Below, in pieces: positions 16,152 to 25,603 of a stretch of 48,344 bases of DNA (positions are counted from its first letter, which is position 1; each line of letters opens with the position of its first letter). Both the position numbers and the translations under genes were made by a program. The DNA lies in IMG/VR virus record IMGVR_UViG_3300046781_000048; one strand, written 5' to 3'. Source of the stretch: a virus. The notes below the pieces were generated by a model. The model ran no database searches and was not told where the DNA came from. It saw only the letters and a program-made list of their open reading frames with translations.

Positions 16152-16619
16152 TTACAGCAGCGAAATTCCGTCGCCCTCTTCGACCCGCATTACATCGAGA
16201 GTGACTTCGACCTTATCTGCGTCTGCGCCCTCTGCCATATCGGCGGAGCGCCCTACCACTCTGCAGCCGGCGATCTTCGTACGGAGGATCGCAGTCGAGT
16301 TAGGCGGAGTATGCTGCACTAGGACGTCGAAACCGACGTGCGTCAGCTTCTTATTTTTCGCGATTAGCCCTGCGCGAAACAGTTCCCAGCCTGCGCGATA
16401 GAACGTAATCGCGGCTTCGCATTCGTACTCGCCTACCGTTCGCGCCTTCTTCTGTCCGCCGCTAGTTCCCCTGACGAGACCAGGGGTAACCTTATCGGAC
16501 CATTTGATCGCAGCGATGTCGGTCGTATCGATGGACTGCCCAGCGTAGATAGGCAGAGTGATCCGAATGTCCGCCCAGCTGGGCGCCATTTCATTCAGCG
16601 TCGGATATTCGCTAGCCAT
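16152..16619 (-). CDS. Tail tube protein
   Basis: 155 aa ORF directly after the sheath-sized ORF and before the chaperone. Confidence 0.7.
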   Translation of the reverse strand: MASEYPTLNEMAPSWADIRITLPIYAGQSIDTTDIAAIKWSDKVTPGLVRGTSGGQKKARTVGEYECEAAITFYRAGWELFRAGLIAKNKKLTHVGFDVLVQHTPPNSTAILRTKIAGCRVVGRSADMAEGADADKVEVTLDVMRVEEGDGISLL

Positions 16620-16629
16620 TGCTTCCCCC

Positions 16630-18087
16630 TTACCCAGCCGTCAGAACGCGAACGCGCGTCGTTAGTTTTTCGAGCGTCCCATTTAGACGCAGGTCGAGAA
16701 CGCCGTTTAACTCTGCCCCTGGTACATTCAGAACGTCTGCGCGACTCGCTTCCCAGGTCGCAGAAGTAGCGCGCGGTCCCTCTGCTCTGCGCTGCAGGAG
16801 CGAGATAGCGAGCGCACTATTAACGCGCGCCTCGATGATCGCTAGGCTCGCTTCGGTCCCCGTCCCGTCGCTATTCAGTTCTAGGACTTGCCCGATCGCG
16901 TTCTCGGTTTCTGCCTGGCAGACGTTACAAGCGAGATTCGCGACGGCCATATTATGCGTGCGACTGAGTAGCGATCCTTCGTCAGCGCGCGTAAGTGAGA
17001 GCGCAATGAAGGCGCCTGCAGGACCGTTCGCGAAGCTGCGAAAGCAGGTAAAGCGCGCCATCAGCAAACCGCCGTCAAGGCGATCGTCGTGCTCTACCGT
17101 CGCCCCATCTTCGTCTTCGAGCGTCCAGCCCGAGCAGGGGCCGTCAGCCTTCCGATAGGTGGGGATTTGGACGTCGTGTTGATATTCGCGAATCGACGCA
17201 GCCCAGGCGACAGGGCGACGCAGGCGCCATCCCGTGATCGGGGATTTCTTACGACCCCGACCTGCGCCGAGATCGATCCGACGCTCGGAAGAAACTTCGT
17301 CGAATTCTGCGTCAATGTCGGAAACCCAGTCCGCGTCAGTATCGGCTGCGTCCCGATCTTTGACCTGCACGCGCGCAGTCGAGCAGCGATCATGCTGCGT
17401 CGCGTAGGCATTGATCTCCGTTACGACGTCGGACGCCTGGTCCCCTGTCGTTAGATCGCCAACGATGAGCCATGACCGCGAGAGCTTCCCCTGTCCTGCG
17501 AGCGCAAGGCGCGCAGCCTGCAGCCCAGCTTGATCCCACATCGGCGGATTGGTTTTTACGCGCAGACAAATGTCATCAGTGATGAGCGTACCTGCGCCGA
17601 AATTGATCGTCAGGTCGAGATAGGGCGCGGTATAGGTGCTCGCGAGACCTAGGCGAACGCGACGAACTTCGCGCCCTCCGTCGACGCTGACATCGAGAAC
17701 GATCGGATCGGTTCCGATGGTTCCGCCCTGCACTACGAGCACCTGCGCCTGCACTTCATCGAGCGCGCCGTTAGCACCTACCCCTGCTGTAATCGTGCTC
17801 GTTCCGCTATTGCCAGTGACGTCGAGCGTCCCCAAAGTTCCCTGCGTTACGATGGGGAGCGGGACGAAGAGAACGGGTTTTTTCGTCTCTTCGAAATGCA
17901 TCGCGCAATAGTCGACAGCGGCGGAGTAGCCATGCTTCGCTAGAAGCGCCTTCGTCGAAGTGAAAATGCGCGGGACGATATCGTCGCCCATTTCGACGCA
18001 GCCGATCACAGTCAGGACATCGGTCCCCGTCCCCCATGCGCCAGCCTGATCATCGATGATAATTTTCGCTTCGGGCAATTCAGCCAT
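16630..18087 (-). CDS. Contractile tail sheath protein
   Basis: 485 aa with a G-rich SD. Size and position match Mu gpL / P2 FI. Confidence 0.7.
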   Translation of the reverse strand: MAELPEAKIIIDDQAGAWGTGTDVLTVIGCVEMGDDIVPRIFTSTKALLAKHGYSAAVDYCAMHFEETKKPVLFVPLPIVTQGTLGTLDVTGNSGTSTITAGVGANGALDEVQAQVLVVQGGTIGTDPIVLDVSVDGGREVRRVRLGLASTYTAPYLDLTINFGAGTLITDDICLRVKTNPPMWDQAGLQAARLALAGQGKLSRSWLIVGDLTTGDQASDVVTEINAYATQHDRCSTARVQVKDRDAADTDADWVSDIDAEFDEVSSERRIDLGAGRGRKKSPITGWRLRRPVAWAASIREYQHDVQIPTYRKADGPCSGWTLEDEDGATVEHDDRLDGGLLMARFTCFRSFANGPAGAFIALSLTRADEGSLLSRTHNMAVANLACNVCQAETENAIGQVLELNSDGTGTEASLAIIEARVNSALAISLLQRRAEGPRATSATWEASRADVLNVPGAELNGVLDLRLNGTLEKLTTRVRVLTAG

Positions 18088-18102
18088 GACAAATCCCCCC
18101 CA

Positions 18103-18684
18103 TCAGCAGGCTGTCTCCGCATCTGCAGGCGGAGTGCCTGCAGGCGGAGGTTCATCGCTAACCTTCGTCGTATTGACGATCGGAACGTCAGGCGGCGGAC
18201 CGATCTTGACGGTCGCTGCAGCTTCGCCTTCCCAGTTCGTGCGGAAAACTCCGCGGTCTACCGTAAATGTCAGCTCGTAAATCGCGCCGCTAGGGGTTTC
18301 CGTAGGCGCATCTTCGTCAGGAATGAATCCGCCTGCGCCAAATGCGATCATGGTTTTTCGCGTCTTCGCGATTACCTCTAGCTCTGCGAGAACATGATCG
18401 AGAATCTTCTCTGCGCGCTCCGCATGGTCATGCCAGAGAGGACCCGTTAGGGCGCTCTGCGCGTAGATGCGCAGCGTCGCGCCAGTCAGGCGGATCCATG
18501 ACATGCGAGGGTTATTGTGCAGCGACCTAGGCGGACTAATGATGTCGGAGGCTGGTCCCCGATAGTCGATGACGATGCGCTCTCTCGTTCCGACGCTGTC
18601 TCTCTCGGGACCGAAGAAGACCCGGACAGGGACATTCTTCGCCTGCAGCGCTGCGTCTAGTTCTCGGGCGATCGCGTAAAGCAT
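18103..18684 (-). CDS. Hypothetical virion protein (neck / tail-terminator position, 193 aa)
   Basis: The ATG at 18684 overlaps the upstream TAA (TAATG). The listed 360-aa ORF is an Arg-rich upstream extension overlapping real genes. Confidence 0.5.
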   Translation of the reverse strand: MLYAIARELDAALQAKNVPVRVFFGPERDSVGTRERIVIDYRGPASDIISPPRSLHNNPRMSWIRLTGATLRIYAQSALTGPLWHDHAERAEKILDHVLAELEVIAKTRKTMIAFGAGGFIPDEDAPTETPSGAIYELTFTVDRGVFRTNWEGEAAATVKIGPPPDVPIVNTTKVSDEPPPAGTPPADAETAC

Positions 18685-19091
18685 TACGATGCCCTCCGAA
18701 ACGATTCGCTGATGTAGCGATTGGCGTTCGCTCGGATGATCTCGCCATAGGCGATCGGGAATTTTCCGCGCGGCAATACCGGGCGCAGGCCGATCTGATA
18801 CTTTGCGTATTTCGGACCGAGGCGCGCGCGTAGCTTCGTCCCTACTGCGACGTATTGAATCGCGCGCTGCAGTCTGCCCGTTCGAACGAGCGTAACCGTC
18901 TGCCCCCGCATACCCGGCAGCCAAGGATCGCCGTAGGCGTTCTGACTCAGCGCGAAGGTTTGGCGCGCCAGATTGGTGATGATGCTCGCTGTCGACGCAG
19001 CGATTTCGATCGCGACCCTGCGCGGGATTTCTTTGAGCGCTTTCTCTAGCTCTCGCAGTCTCGCGACGTCCGCTCCTGTAAAGCGCTTCAT
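18684..19091 (-). CDS. Virion morphogenesis / tail completion protein (Mu gpG-like)
   Basis: VRTGRLQRAI ... YAKYQ pattern resembles the Phage_tail_S / gpG family (by eye). The start at 19091 forms an ATGA overlap. Confidence 0.55.
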   Translation of the reverse strand: MKRFTGADVARLRELEKALKEIPRRVAIEIAASTASIITNLARQTFALSQNAYGDPWLPGMRGQTVTLVRTGRLQRAIQYVAVGTKLRARLGPKYAKYQIGLRPVLPRGKFPIAYGEIIRANANRYISESFRRAS

Positions 19092-19732
19092 GGGATGAAC
19101 CCTCCCCCGCTGCTCGTCCATCGCTTCGGATCGCTGAGGGCATTGCCAGAAATCGCGACGTTCGTAGGCTCGGTCGCGCGATCATCTCGCAGCGGTATGC
19201 CCTTCGCCCATCGCTCTAGCTGCGCCTTCGCAGCTAGCTCCATTTCTTTCATGCTGGTCGACTGCTGCCCTGCGATGAGAAGCAGCTTATGCGCCGATAG
19301 CTCTGCGACGAGAGCGGTTACCGTGATCGGGTAGGGGTCTTTTAGCGGGACGAGATGAGCGGGGAGAAACCCATCAGCGAAGCGCGAATAGAATTCGAGA
19401 ACTTCATCGAGGGGCAGCGCCGTCGATACGACAACGGCTGCGCCTGCAGTCGTTAGGTCGAGCGCTCCGCCTAGACCATCTCCGATTTGAAAGGTCGAGT
19501 CAGTCAGACGGATCGCAGGGTAGGACGTACCCTGCGCGATTGGATCGGGGAGCGCTCCGCCTGCTTCTGCGCGAAAGAGTAGGGGGGTACCATCTTCGAA
19601 CCCATGGCCGTCGAGCGTTAGCGTATCGGTCGCAGCATTCACCAGACTGACGAGTCGACCGGGGTTAGCAAGTAGCCCCCTGGGCAATCCGTAGCGGTAG
19701 AGATCTGCGCGCGACGCATAAACAGCAGCCAA
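19088..19732 (-). CDS. Head completion / connector protein (putative)
   Basis: 214 aa directly after the major capsid gene. N-terminal YASRADLYRYGLP resembles gp36/DUF1320-type starts (weak). Confidence 0.4.
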   Translation of the reverse strand: MAAVYASRADLYRYGLPRGLLANPGRLVSLVNAATDTLTLDGHGFEDGTPLLFRAEAGGALPDPIAQGTSYPAIRLTDSTFQIGDGLGGALDLTTAGAAVVVSTALPLDEVLEFYSRFADGFLPAHLVPLKDPYPITVTALVAELSAHKLLLIAGQQSTSMKEMELAAKAQLERWAKGIPLRDDRATEPTNVAISGNALSDPKRWTSSGGGFIP

Positions 19733-19754
19733 TCGTAACCCCCCCCATTTCCCA

Positions 19755-20732
19755 TCATGCGCCGCGAACTAGTCGAATCGCATGCGGGAAGACCAGACGA
19801 AACCCGTACCAGATATGCGATGAGACTTTGATCTTGCCCGAGTCTTTGAAAAAGTCGGACGATTCGTCCCAGTAGCGAAGACCGAGATCTGCAGCCGGCT
19901 GATACTTCGCAGCGACCCAGGCGGGTACTCCCTGCGCAGCGAGTAGCTTCGAGTCGATCAAATACCAGTCGTTGACATCCGTCAGCTCGGGCACATGAAC
20001 GACGTTGAATTTCGACATATACGGATTTGAGATCGGCGCAGTGGAGTTACCGATAAGAACCATGCTCTGCGCCAAAAGAACGCGCAGGGGTTCATACTTC
20101 GCGGTAGGGACGAGAATGGTATCGGGGTCTGCTCCGAGCTTTTCCCCGTTCTCGTCCAAAACCTGCCCCTGCATGGCCGTTACTTCTGCCAACAGCTTCG
20201 ACAGATCCGTGCAATCGGCTGGCGTTGCCTGGTAGTTTCCCCAAGTAGTCGAAGGGTCGCCCGTTGGATTCGCCTTATGCGCTGCGCTGAAAAAGGCGAC
20301 GTTATCCCAGGGCGAGGTTTCGACTGTGCCGGTTTCCAGCATGGTCGCGATAGCGCGGTTAACATGCCGCTTCTCTGCCATGAGAAAGCGCGACGAAGTC
20401 TCCGCCCATTTGCGATACGCGTAGGTATTCGTCTTCAGCTCGAGAAGCTTCGCCTCGTAGCCTGCGTCGTATTCGATGACCTTCAGATCGAACGCTTCTT
20501 CCATCATCGTCTTGAAGCGTCCCGAGACTTCGCGAGTCTCGAGATACTTCGTCGACATCAGCCCGATCGGAAACGTCACACGAGGCGCGCCTAGCGGGAC
20601 GCTATCGCCGAACTGCTCCGCCCAGCTCGGGGGCTGGACGGCGGAGATACCAGCTAGATAGCGTTCGTCGAAAATGCGGATCGCCTGCTCCGATGTAGCG
20701 GGCAGCAGCTCATTTGTATAAAGAGACCCCAT
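19755..20732 (-). CDS. Major capsid protein (Mu gpT-like)
   Basis: 325 aa with a strong AAGGGGGGG SD. Follows the protease/scaffold and decoration-sized ORFs. Confidence 0.7.
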   Translation of the reverse strand: MGSLYTNELLPATSEQAIRIFDERYLAGISAVQPPSWAEQFGDSVPLGAPRVTFPIGLMSTKYLETREVSGRFKTMMEEAFDLKVIEYDAGYEAKLLELKTNTYAYRKWAETSSRFLMAEKRHVNRAIATMLETGTVETSPWDNVAFFSAAHKANPTGDPSTTWGNYQATPADCTDLSKLLAEVTAMQGQVLDENGEKLGADPDTILVPTAKYEPLRVLLAQSMVLIGNSTAPISNPYMSKFNVVHVPELTDVNDWYLIDSKLLAAQGVPAWVAAKYQPAADLGLRYWDESSDFFKDSGKIKVSSHIWYGFRLVFPHAIRLVRGA

Positions 20733-20763
20733 GATAAATCCCCCCCTTAACCGCTGCCCCTAA

Positions 20764-21213
20764 TCAGATCGTGCGAACGCCAGCCGGGTCGATGAAGACG
20801 CGGACCTTCCCATCAGGCTCGAACCCCATGAAGAAACCGACTGCTTTCCGGGCGCCAGTCGATGAGGTTTTCGCGACCGTATGATCGTCGGTTCCGTAGA
20901 CGGGAATCCCGATCAAATCGATATCGCTGAACGCATCCGCTGCGAGACCATTCGCGAAAGCGAAGCAGCGCTTCGTCTCGACTCTGACCCGCTTGTCTCC
21001 GTCAGCGCCTAGCAAATTGTCCTGCGAATGCTGCGCGACTCCGACCGCTACATCACTGCCAGCCGTCGAGTAGGGAACGACCATCCCTGTCGCGGTCAAC
21101 TGGGCGACGATCGTCCCTTCCCAAATCGCAGTACCTCCGTCGACGGGAAGATCGAAAATGTAGCCTTCATGGCCAATCGGATAAGTCGTCAGCGGATTGT
21201 TTACGTTCGCCAT
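20764..21213 (-). CDS. Head decoration / DUF2190-like protein (putative)
   Basis: 149 aa Gly/Val-rich beta-type protein between the scaffold/protease and the capsid. Confidence 0.45.
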   Translation of the reverse strand: MANVNNPLTTYPIGHEGYIFDLPVDGGTAIWEGTIVAQLTATGMVVPYSTAGSDVAVGVAQHSQDNLLGADGDKRVRVETKRCFAFANGLAADAFSDIDLIGIPVYGTDDHTVAKTSSTGARKAVGFFMGFEPDGKVRVFIDPAGVRTI

Positions 21214-21224
21214 GGGTCCCCCGG

Positions 21225-22454
21225 TTACGCTGCGCCATTCGCGCGCATGCGGATCAATTTGTTCGCGGCGTAGTCTTCGATCTTGGCGCTCGCATCTCTG
21301 CAGGCGCGAACCTCGCTCGATGAGAGCTGCACTTGATGACCGTCGACGTTGACGACAGCGCCCCCTTTATCCTCTACGATCGGCGCAGGTTTCGGCGCTT
21401 CGGTAGGGCTACCCTTCGCAGCTGCGAGCTTCGCAACGCGCGCGCGCAGCGCATCGATTCCCATCGATGCCCATGGTTCAGCCGGTTTCGTAGAGTCGAG
21501 ATCTGCCCATGCAGTCGCAGGGATTTCGGCCCCGAGCTTGACTAGTTCGCCTACGAGTCGACGACGCTCCGACCCTTCGAGCAGCGCCCGATCCTGCGCA
21601 AGCTTCGCGCGCTCGCCTTCGAGCTGCAGATGCGAAGCGCGCCATGCCTCTACCTCGCGAACGATTTCCCCTACGTCGCGCTTTCCCGAAAGCTTCGTCA
21701 GCGCGCGAACGGCAGAGCGAACCTTCGAGGCTGCGACGACAGGCGGAGCAGCAGCGACAGCGGCTGACTCCATCGCAGGAGGCGCATCGCCTTCGGCCTT
21801 ATCATCGGGCGGAGTACCGTTCGCAGCATCCTGCACTTTCTTGACCATCGCTGCGATCGTTGCGATGACGTCTTCGACGTTGGCATCAGGGCCTAGCCCT
21901 AGAGCTTCTGCGATCGTCGTAAATTGTTCCGGGGTCATAGCCTGATCTCCTGTCCCTTCGATGGCGTTCGCAGCGACAAGCGGCGCTAGCCGATCGGTCG
22001 CTGGTAGTGCAGTGATCGCGATATTGAGAAGGCTCGTTACTCGCTTCGTCTCGCTGTCGAATTCGAACGCAGGCGAAATGTAGCGTTGCCTTTTTTCGCG
22101 CAGGCGCGCCTCTCCGTCAGGCGTCCACTTGACCTGCACGGCCCATAGCTCTCCATTGCGGATCGCGAGCCTTCCCCAGCCCCTTGCATCGGGGTCAAAG
22201 TTACGACTCTCGACCGTGCTCTCTAGCGAGAGATGCTCTAGGTCGATCATCAGATCGGCCCCATGGCGCTCGAAGGCAGCCATAACGGCGCGCGCTGCGA
22301 CGTCGTCAAAAAGGAAAACCCCTTTTGACGACTCGTTTTCGCCAGCCCGAAAGATGCGAAATTCGCTAGGGGGGCTGTCTCCGTCGAAGGCAATGGCGAG
22401 CGTCATCACATGATGCGAACGCTCTGCCCTCCGCTGCTTAGCCCCCCTTGCCAT
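21225..22454 (-). CDS. Head protease/scaffold (Mu gpI-like)
   Basis: FRIFRAGENES.KGVFLFDD ... DLMIDLEH resembles the Mu-like prophage I protein family (by eye), with an Ala/Glu-rich helical C-terminal half. The start is uncertain (22454 or 22406). Confidence 0.6.
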   Translation of the reverse strand: MARGAKQRRAERSHHVMTLAIAFDGDSPPSEFRIFRAGENESSKGVFLFDDVAARAVMAAFERHGADLMIDLEHLSLESTVESRNFDPDARGWGRLAIRNGELWAVQVKWTPDGEARLREKRQRYISPAFEFDSETKRVTSLLNIAITALPATDRLAPLVAANAIEGTGDQAMTPEQFTTIAEALGLGPDANVEDVIATIAAMVKKVQDAANGTPPDDKAEGDAPPAMESAAVAAAPPVVAASKVRSAVRALTKLSGKRDVGEIVREVEAWRASHLQLEGERAKLAQDRALLEGSERRRLVGELVKLGAEIPATAWADLDSTKPAEPWASMGIDALRARVAKLAAAKGSPTEAPKPAPIVEDKGGAVVNVDGHQVQLSSSEVRACRDASAKIEDYAANKLIRMRANGAA

Positions 22455-22508
22455 TACGACGAAACTGGCGCATTCAATGGATCATTAGCAATAGGTTTAT
22501 TCTAGACA

Positions 22509-22520
22509 GTGGTCAGCTGA
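22509..22520 (+). promoter_or_regulatory. GTGGTCAGCTGA, degenerate copy of the intergenic motif, abutting GATTACGCGCA
   Basis: 10/12 match to GTAGTCAGCTGG. Lies in the divergent region between the protease/scaffold and portal genes. Confidence 0.35.
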
Positions 22521-22545
22521 TTACGCGCAACCGTAGGGGGGACCG

Positions 22546-24132
22546 ATGGGCGCACCTTCAAAAAGAGCAAAGAAGATCCGATCGGCTAGCGAATTTGACC
22601 TAGTCGCATTGTCGTCAGAAATACGTCCACCTAAGGCGACCACTGGTCTCTACAGTTGGGATCTCGATGCGATTCGCGCAGCGCGCGATGCGCAGATGAT
22701 GGGAAGGTTTTTCCTGCCTGCGCGACTCGCAGAGGCGACGAGAACGGACTATGCGATCTTCGCATCGTTCCTAAATCGTCTCGCCCCTCAGCGCGGGCTA
22801 CCCGTTACGCTTGTCCCTCCGATCGACAGCGCGCGCGCGCTGCGCGTGCTCGCTGAAGCTACCGCGCTATTCGGGCAGCGCGGCGTAGGGATCCATCCTG
22901 ATACCCTCGCAGATATCGATGGGACGATGGCTAACCATGGGGTCGCCTTCGGTATCAACGTGATGACGACTCGGGACGATGGGTCTCGCATCGATGTCGA
23001 GCACAAAAGCTGGCCTATCGAATTCGTTCGCTGGGATCCGACGGAGCGCGCCTTTAAGACCCAGGTCGAAGGCTGCCCCGAAGAATGCATCATCCATGGC
23101 GACGGACGATGGACGATCTACCAGCAGCACGAATGGGAGCCTTGGAAGCATGGCGCGATTTTGGCGATCGCGATCCTATGGGCCGATCATGCCTTCGGGG
23201 TTCGCGACCGAGCGAAGGCGTCTACGTCGCATGGTAATGCGAAGGTCGTAGGAACGATGCCCGAAGGGGTCGCGCTGCAGACGGAGCTAGGCGCGCTGAC
23301 GGCAGAGGCAGCGGGATTCATGGAACTGCTTCGCAGCGTTGCGAGCGTAGAGGCGCCTGTAGGGGTGAAACCATTCGGATCGACGCTCGACTACATAACG
23401 AACAATTCGACCGCATGGCAGATCTTCAAAGAGATCATCGATAGCGGGGACCGCGCAGCCGATCGCGTTTACCTGGGTCATGACGTCAGCGCGACTGCAG
23501 CAGGGGGCGACGCGGTCGGTTACCTCTTTGGCGTTCGTAACGATATCGTCGAAGGGTCGCTGCGCGCCATCGAGCGGGGGATCCGTACCGGGGTTATCGA
23601 GCCATGGTGCGCCCTCAATTTCGGAGACTCTACCCTAGTCCCCGATCGCCTTTACCTGATGCCCGATGCAGACGAAGATGCGCGGCGTAAGTCTCTCGCA
23701 GATCGAACAAAGGCGTTCTACGACGCCATCGAGGCAGCGAAGAAAAACAGTTTCGAAATCACTCCGCTCTACCTCGAAGCGATCGCGAATGACTTCGGGG
23801 TCAAGGTTCCGACGCTGCCCGCTGAGACGAGTAGGGCGCCTACGATCACGCTTGCGCCTACGGACATAGCGAAGGTCGTCAGGGTCAACGAAGCGCGCGC
23901 TAGCGCTGGCCTAGGCCCGCTGCTGCTGATCTCTGGCGCTGCTGACCCCGATGGGAACCTAACCGTTTCTGCGTTCGCTGCGAAGCAGGATGCAGCGGCG
24001 CAAGCGCCTGCGCCGCCTATAGGCGGGTCCCCCATGCCGAACGGGGTAGCGCCCCCTGCAGTCCCGCTGCCTGCTGGGTCGACCCCTGCGCAGGCGAACG
24101 GAGCTGCGAAGCAGCCGCTGCCAGTCCAGTGA
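22546..24132 (+). CDS. Portal protein (DUF935 / Mu gp29-like), on the opposite strand to the rest of the morphogenesis genes
   Basis: 528 aa with GGGGGG SD. The YSWDLDAIRAARDAQMMGRF region resembles Mu-type portals by eye. Pro/Ala-rich C-terminal tail. Confidence 0.7.
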   Translation: MGAPSKRAKKIRSASEFDLVALSSEIRPPKATTGLYSWDLDAIRAARDAQMMGRFFLPARLAEATRTDYAIFASFLNRLAPQRGLPVTLVPPIDSARALRVLAEATALFGQRGVGIHPDTLADIDGTMANHGVAFGINVMTTRDDGSRIDVEHKSWPIEFVRWDPTERAFKTQVEGCPEECIIHGDGRWTIYQQHEWEPWKHGAILAIAILWADHAFGVRDRAKASTSHGNAKVVGTMPEGVALQTELGALTAEAAGFMELLRSVASVEAPVGVKPFGSTLDYITNNSTAWQIFKEIIDSGDRAADRVYLGHDVSATAAGGDAVGYLFGVRNDIVEGSLRAIERGIRTGVIEPWCALNFGDSTLVPDRLYLMPDADEDARRKSLADRTKAFYDAIEAAKKNSFEITPLYLEAIANDFGVKVPTLPAETSRAPTITLAPTDIAKVVRVNEARASAGLGPLLLISGAADPDGNLTVSAFAAKQDAAAQAPAPPIGGSPMPNGVAPPAVPLPAGSTPAQANGAAKQPLPVQ

Positions 24133-25594
24133 ACCCTGCGCGGTAATCCGTTTTCTCTTTCTCGCCCAGCCCTGCGAGATGCCAGACCAGCCAGACGAGA
24201 GCATCGAGCCTGTTCGGGCTGACTCCGCCTACGCGCGGATTCCATTCGGTTAGCTCCTGCTCTAGCTCGGGCATCCGTCCGACGATATGGATCATGCCCC
24301 GATCGGATAGCGCGCTGACTGGCTCTGCTCGAATGGTCTTTCCCCGGGTCGCGAGAACTTCGACGATGCGCAGCGCCTTCGCTGCGACTTCGCCTGACTT
24401 TCGTTCTTTCGCTGCTCGAACGTTCGCAGCGACTAAGTCGCCCCCTCGATTGCGCTCGCCTACGACCGTATCGCTCTGCCATTGCGTGCAGGCTGCTACG
24501 ACGTCCGCTCCCCACTTCTCGGGTTTCGATCGGCTGCTGACGTCAGCCAAAATATAAATATGCCCTGCTGCATCTCTGCCCCCTGCGATGATCCCTGTCT
24601 CGTCATTTTCTGGATTCGTCGCGATCGCAGGATCGACCGCGACTGCGACAGCGTCGAGCGATGGGCAAGTCTCGACCCGAGTCGCATCGAGGATCGAAGC
24701 TTGAAAGAGAGCGTCTGGGTTATCGGTCAAGATCTCCCCATCCATCTCTTGACGTCCCAGCCTGGTCCCTCCGTACTTTCGTCGCATGCGAGCGAGGTAA
24801 CCGGGGTCGAGGTTCGACGCGTTCTCCCCTTGCGCCATCAGCACCGTTACGGTTTCTTCGTCCGCTATCAGCTCTCGGAATAGCTGCAGAGGTAGAGGGG
24901 TCCCCGAGACGATGATCTCTAGCGGGACATCGCCCTTAAGGCGCGTTGCGAATTCGATGTTACTCCAAATCGTATTGAGGTAGCGCCACTTCGCAGGCTC
25001 ATCGCACCATACTGAATCGAGGTTAGGCCCCCTGAATTCTGGATCCTCTGCGCTATTGATATACGCAATCGCTCCGCCGCATCGCTCGGGACTGCCGCAA
25101 CCCTGGCAGCCCGGACGATGGAAAAAGACAAGCGCCTTATGCGGTTTATATTCCGGGCGCAGCAGGGGAGGGAAGACGGTTAGGATCCCATCGCTGCCGC
25201 CTTCGCCCTTGATTTGGTAGCGCTCGATTTCGCGCAGCGTCGGACCTACGATCGCGATGCTGCGCGCTCCCTGCTCGACTCGTCTGCGAATGCGATTCGC
25301 CGCTGCGATGGTCTTTCCGCTGCCCCTTCCCCCGAGCAGAAAGAAAACGCGATGGGGGATATCGTCGAGATCTGGATCCTGCTTCGGTCGCGCCCAGGTT
25401 TGCCAGTCGTAGCGCAGGCGAGCGAGATCCATCGTAGAGAACTGCTGCAGGATTTCGAGGCGCAGCGAACCGGGGAGGCGACCGAAGCGCTCCGCTAAGC
25501 TCGGGCCTTCGAGCGTTCGAGAGAATGCGCGCGCGCCTTCGATGGCCGTCTGATAGCGCTTCTCGAAATCAGGATCATGATGCGTCGTTAGCAA
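24017..25594 (-). CDS. terL: Terminase large subunit
   Basis: Walker A LLGGRGSGKT, Walker B-like SVWCDE, C-terminal nuclease-type RLDALVW. TTG start preceded by AAGGGGG. Confidence 0.85.
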   Translation of the reverse strand: MLTTHHDPDFEKRYQTAIEGARAFSRTLEGPSLAERFGRLPGSLRLEILQQFSTMDLARLRYDWQTWARPKQDPDLDDIPHRVFFLLGGRGSGKTIAAANRIRRRVEQGARSIAIVGPTLREIERYQIKGEGGSDGILTVFPPLLRPEYKPHKALVFFHRPGCQGCGSPERCGGAIAYINSAEDPEFRGPNLDSVWCDEPAKWRYLNTIWSNIEFATRLKGDVPLEIIVSGTPLPLQLFRELIADEETVTVLMAQGENASNLDPGYLARMRRKYGGTRLGRQEMDGEILTDNPDALFQASILDATRVETCPSLDAVAVAVDPAIATNPENDETGIIAGGRDAAGHIYILADVSSRSKPEKWGADVVAACTQWQSDTVVGERNRGGDLVAANVRAAKERKSGEVAAKALRIVEVLATRGKTIRAEPVSALSDRGMIHIVGRMPELEQELTEWNPRVGGVSPNRLDALVWLVWHLAGLGEKEKTDYRAGFTGLAAAASQLRSPAQGSTQQAAGLQGALPRSAWGTRL

Positions 25595-25603
25595 GTGGCC
25601 CCC

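Noticed and set aside
18103-19185. Listed 360-aa minus-strand ORF.
   Set aside because: Its N-terminal 167 residues are Arg-rich and overlap two well-supported genes in another frame. Only the part from the ATG at 18684 looks coding.
23769-24515. Listed 248-aa minus-strand ORF overlapping terL and the portal gene.
   Set aside because: It has Arg/Ser/Ala-rich alternative-frame composition typical of G+C-rich DNA and lies entirely inside better-supported genes.
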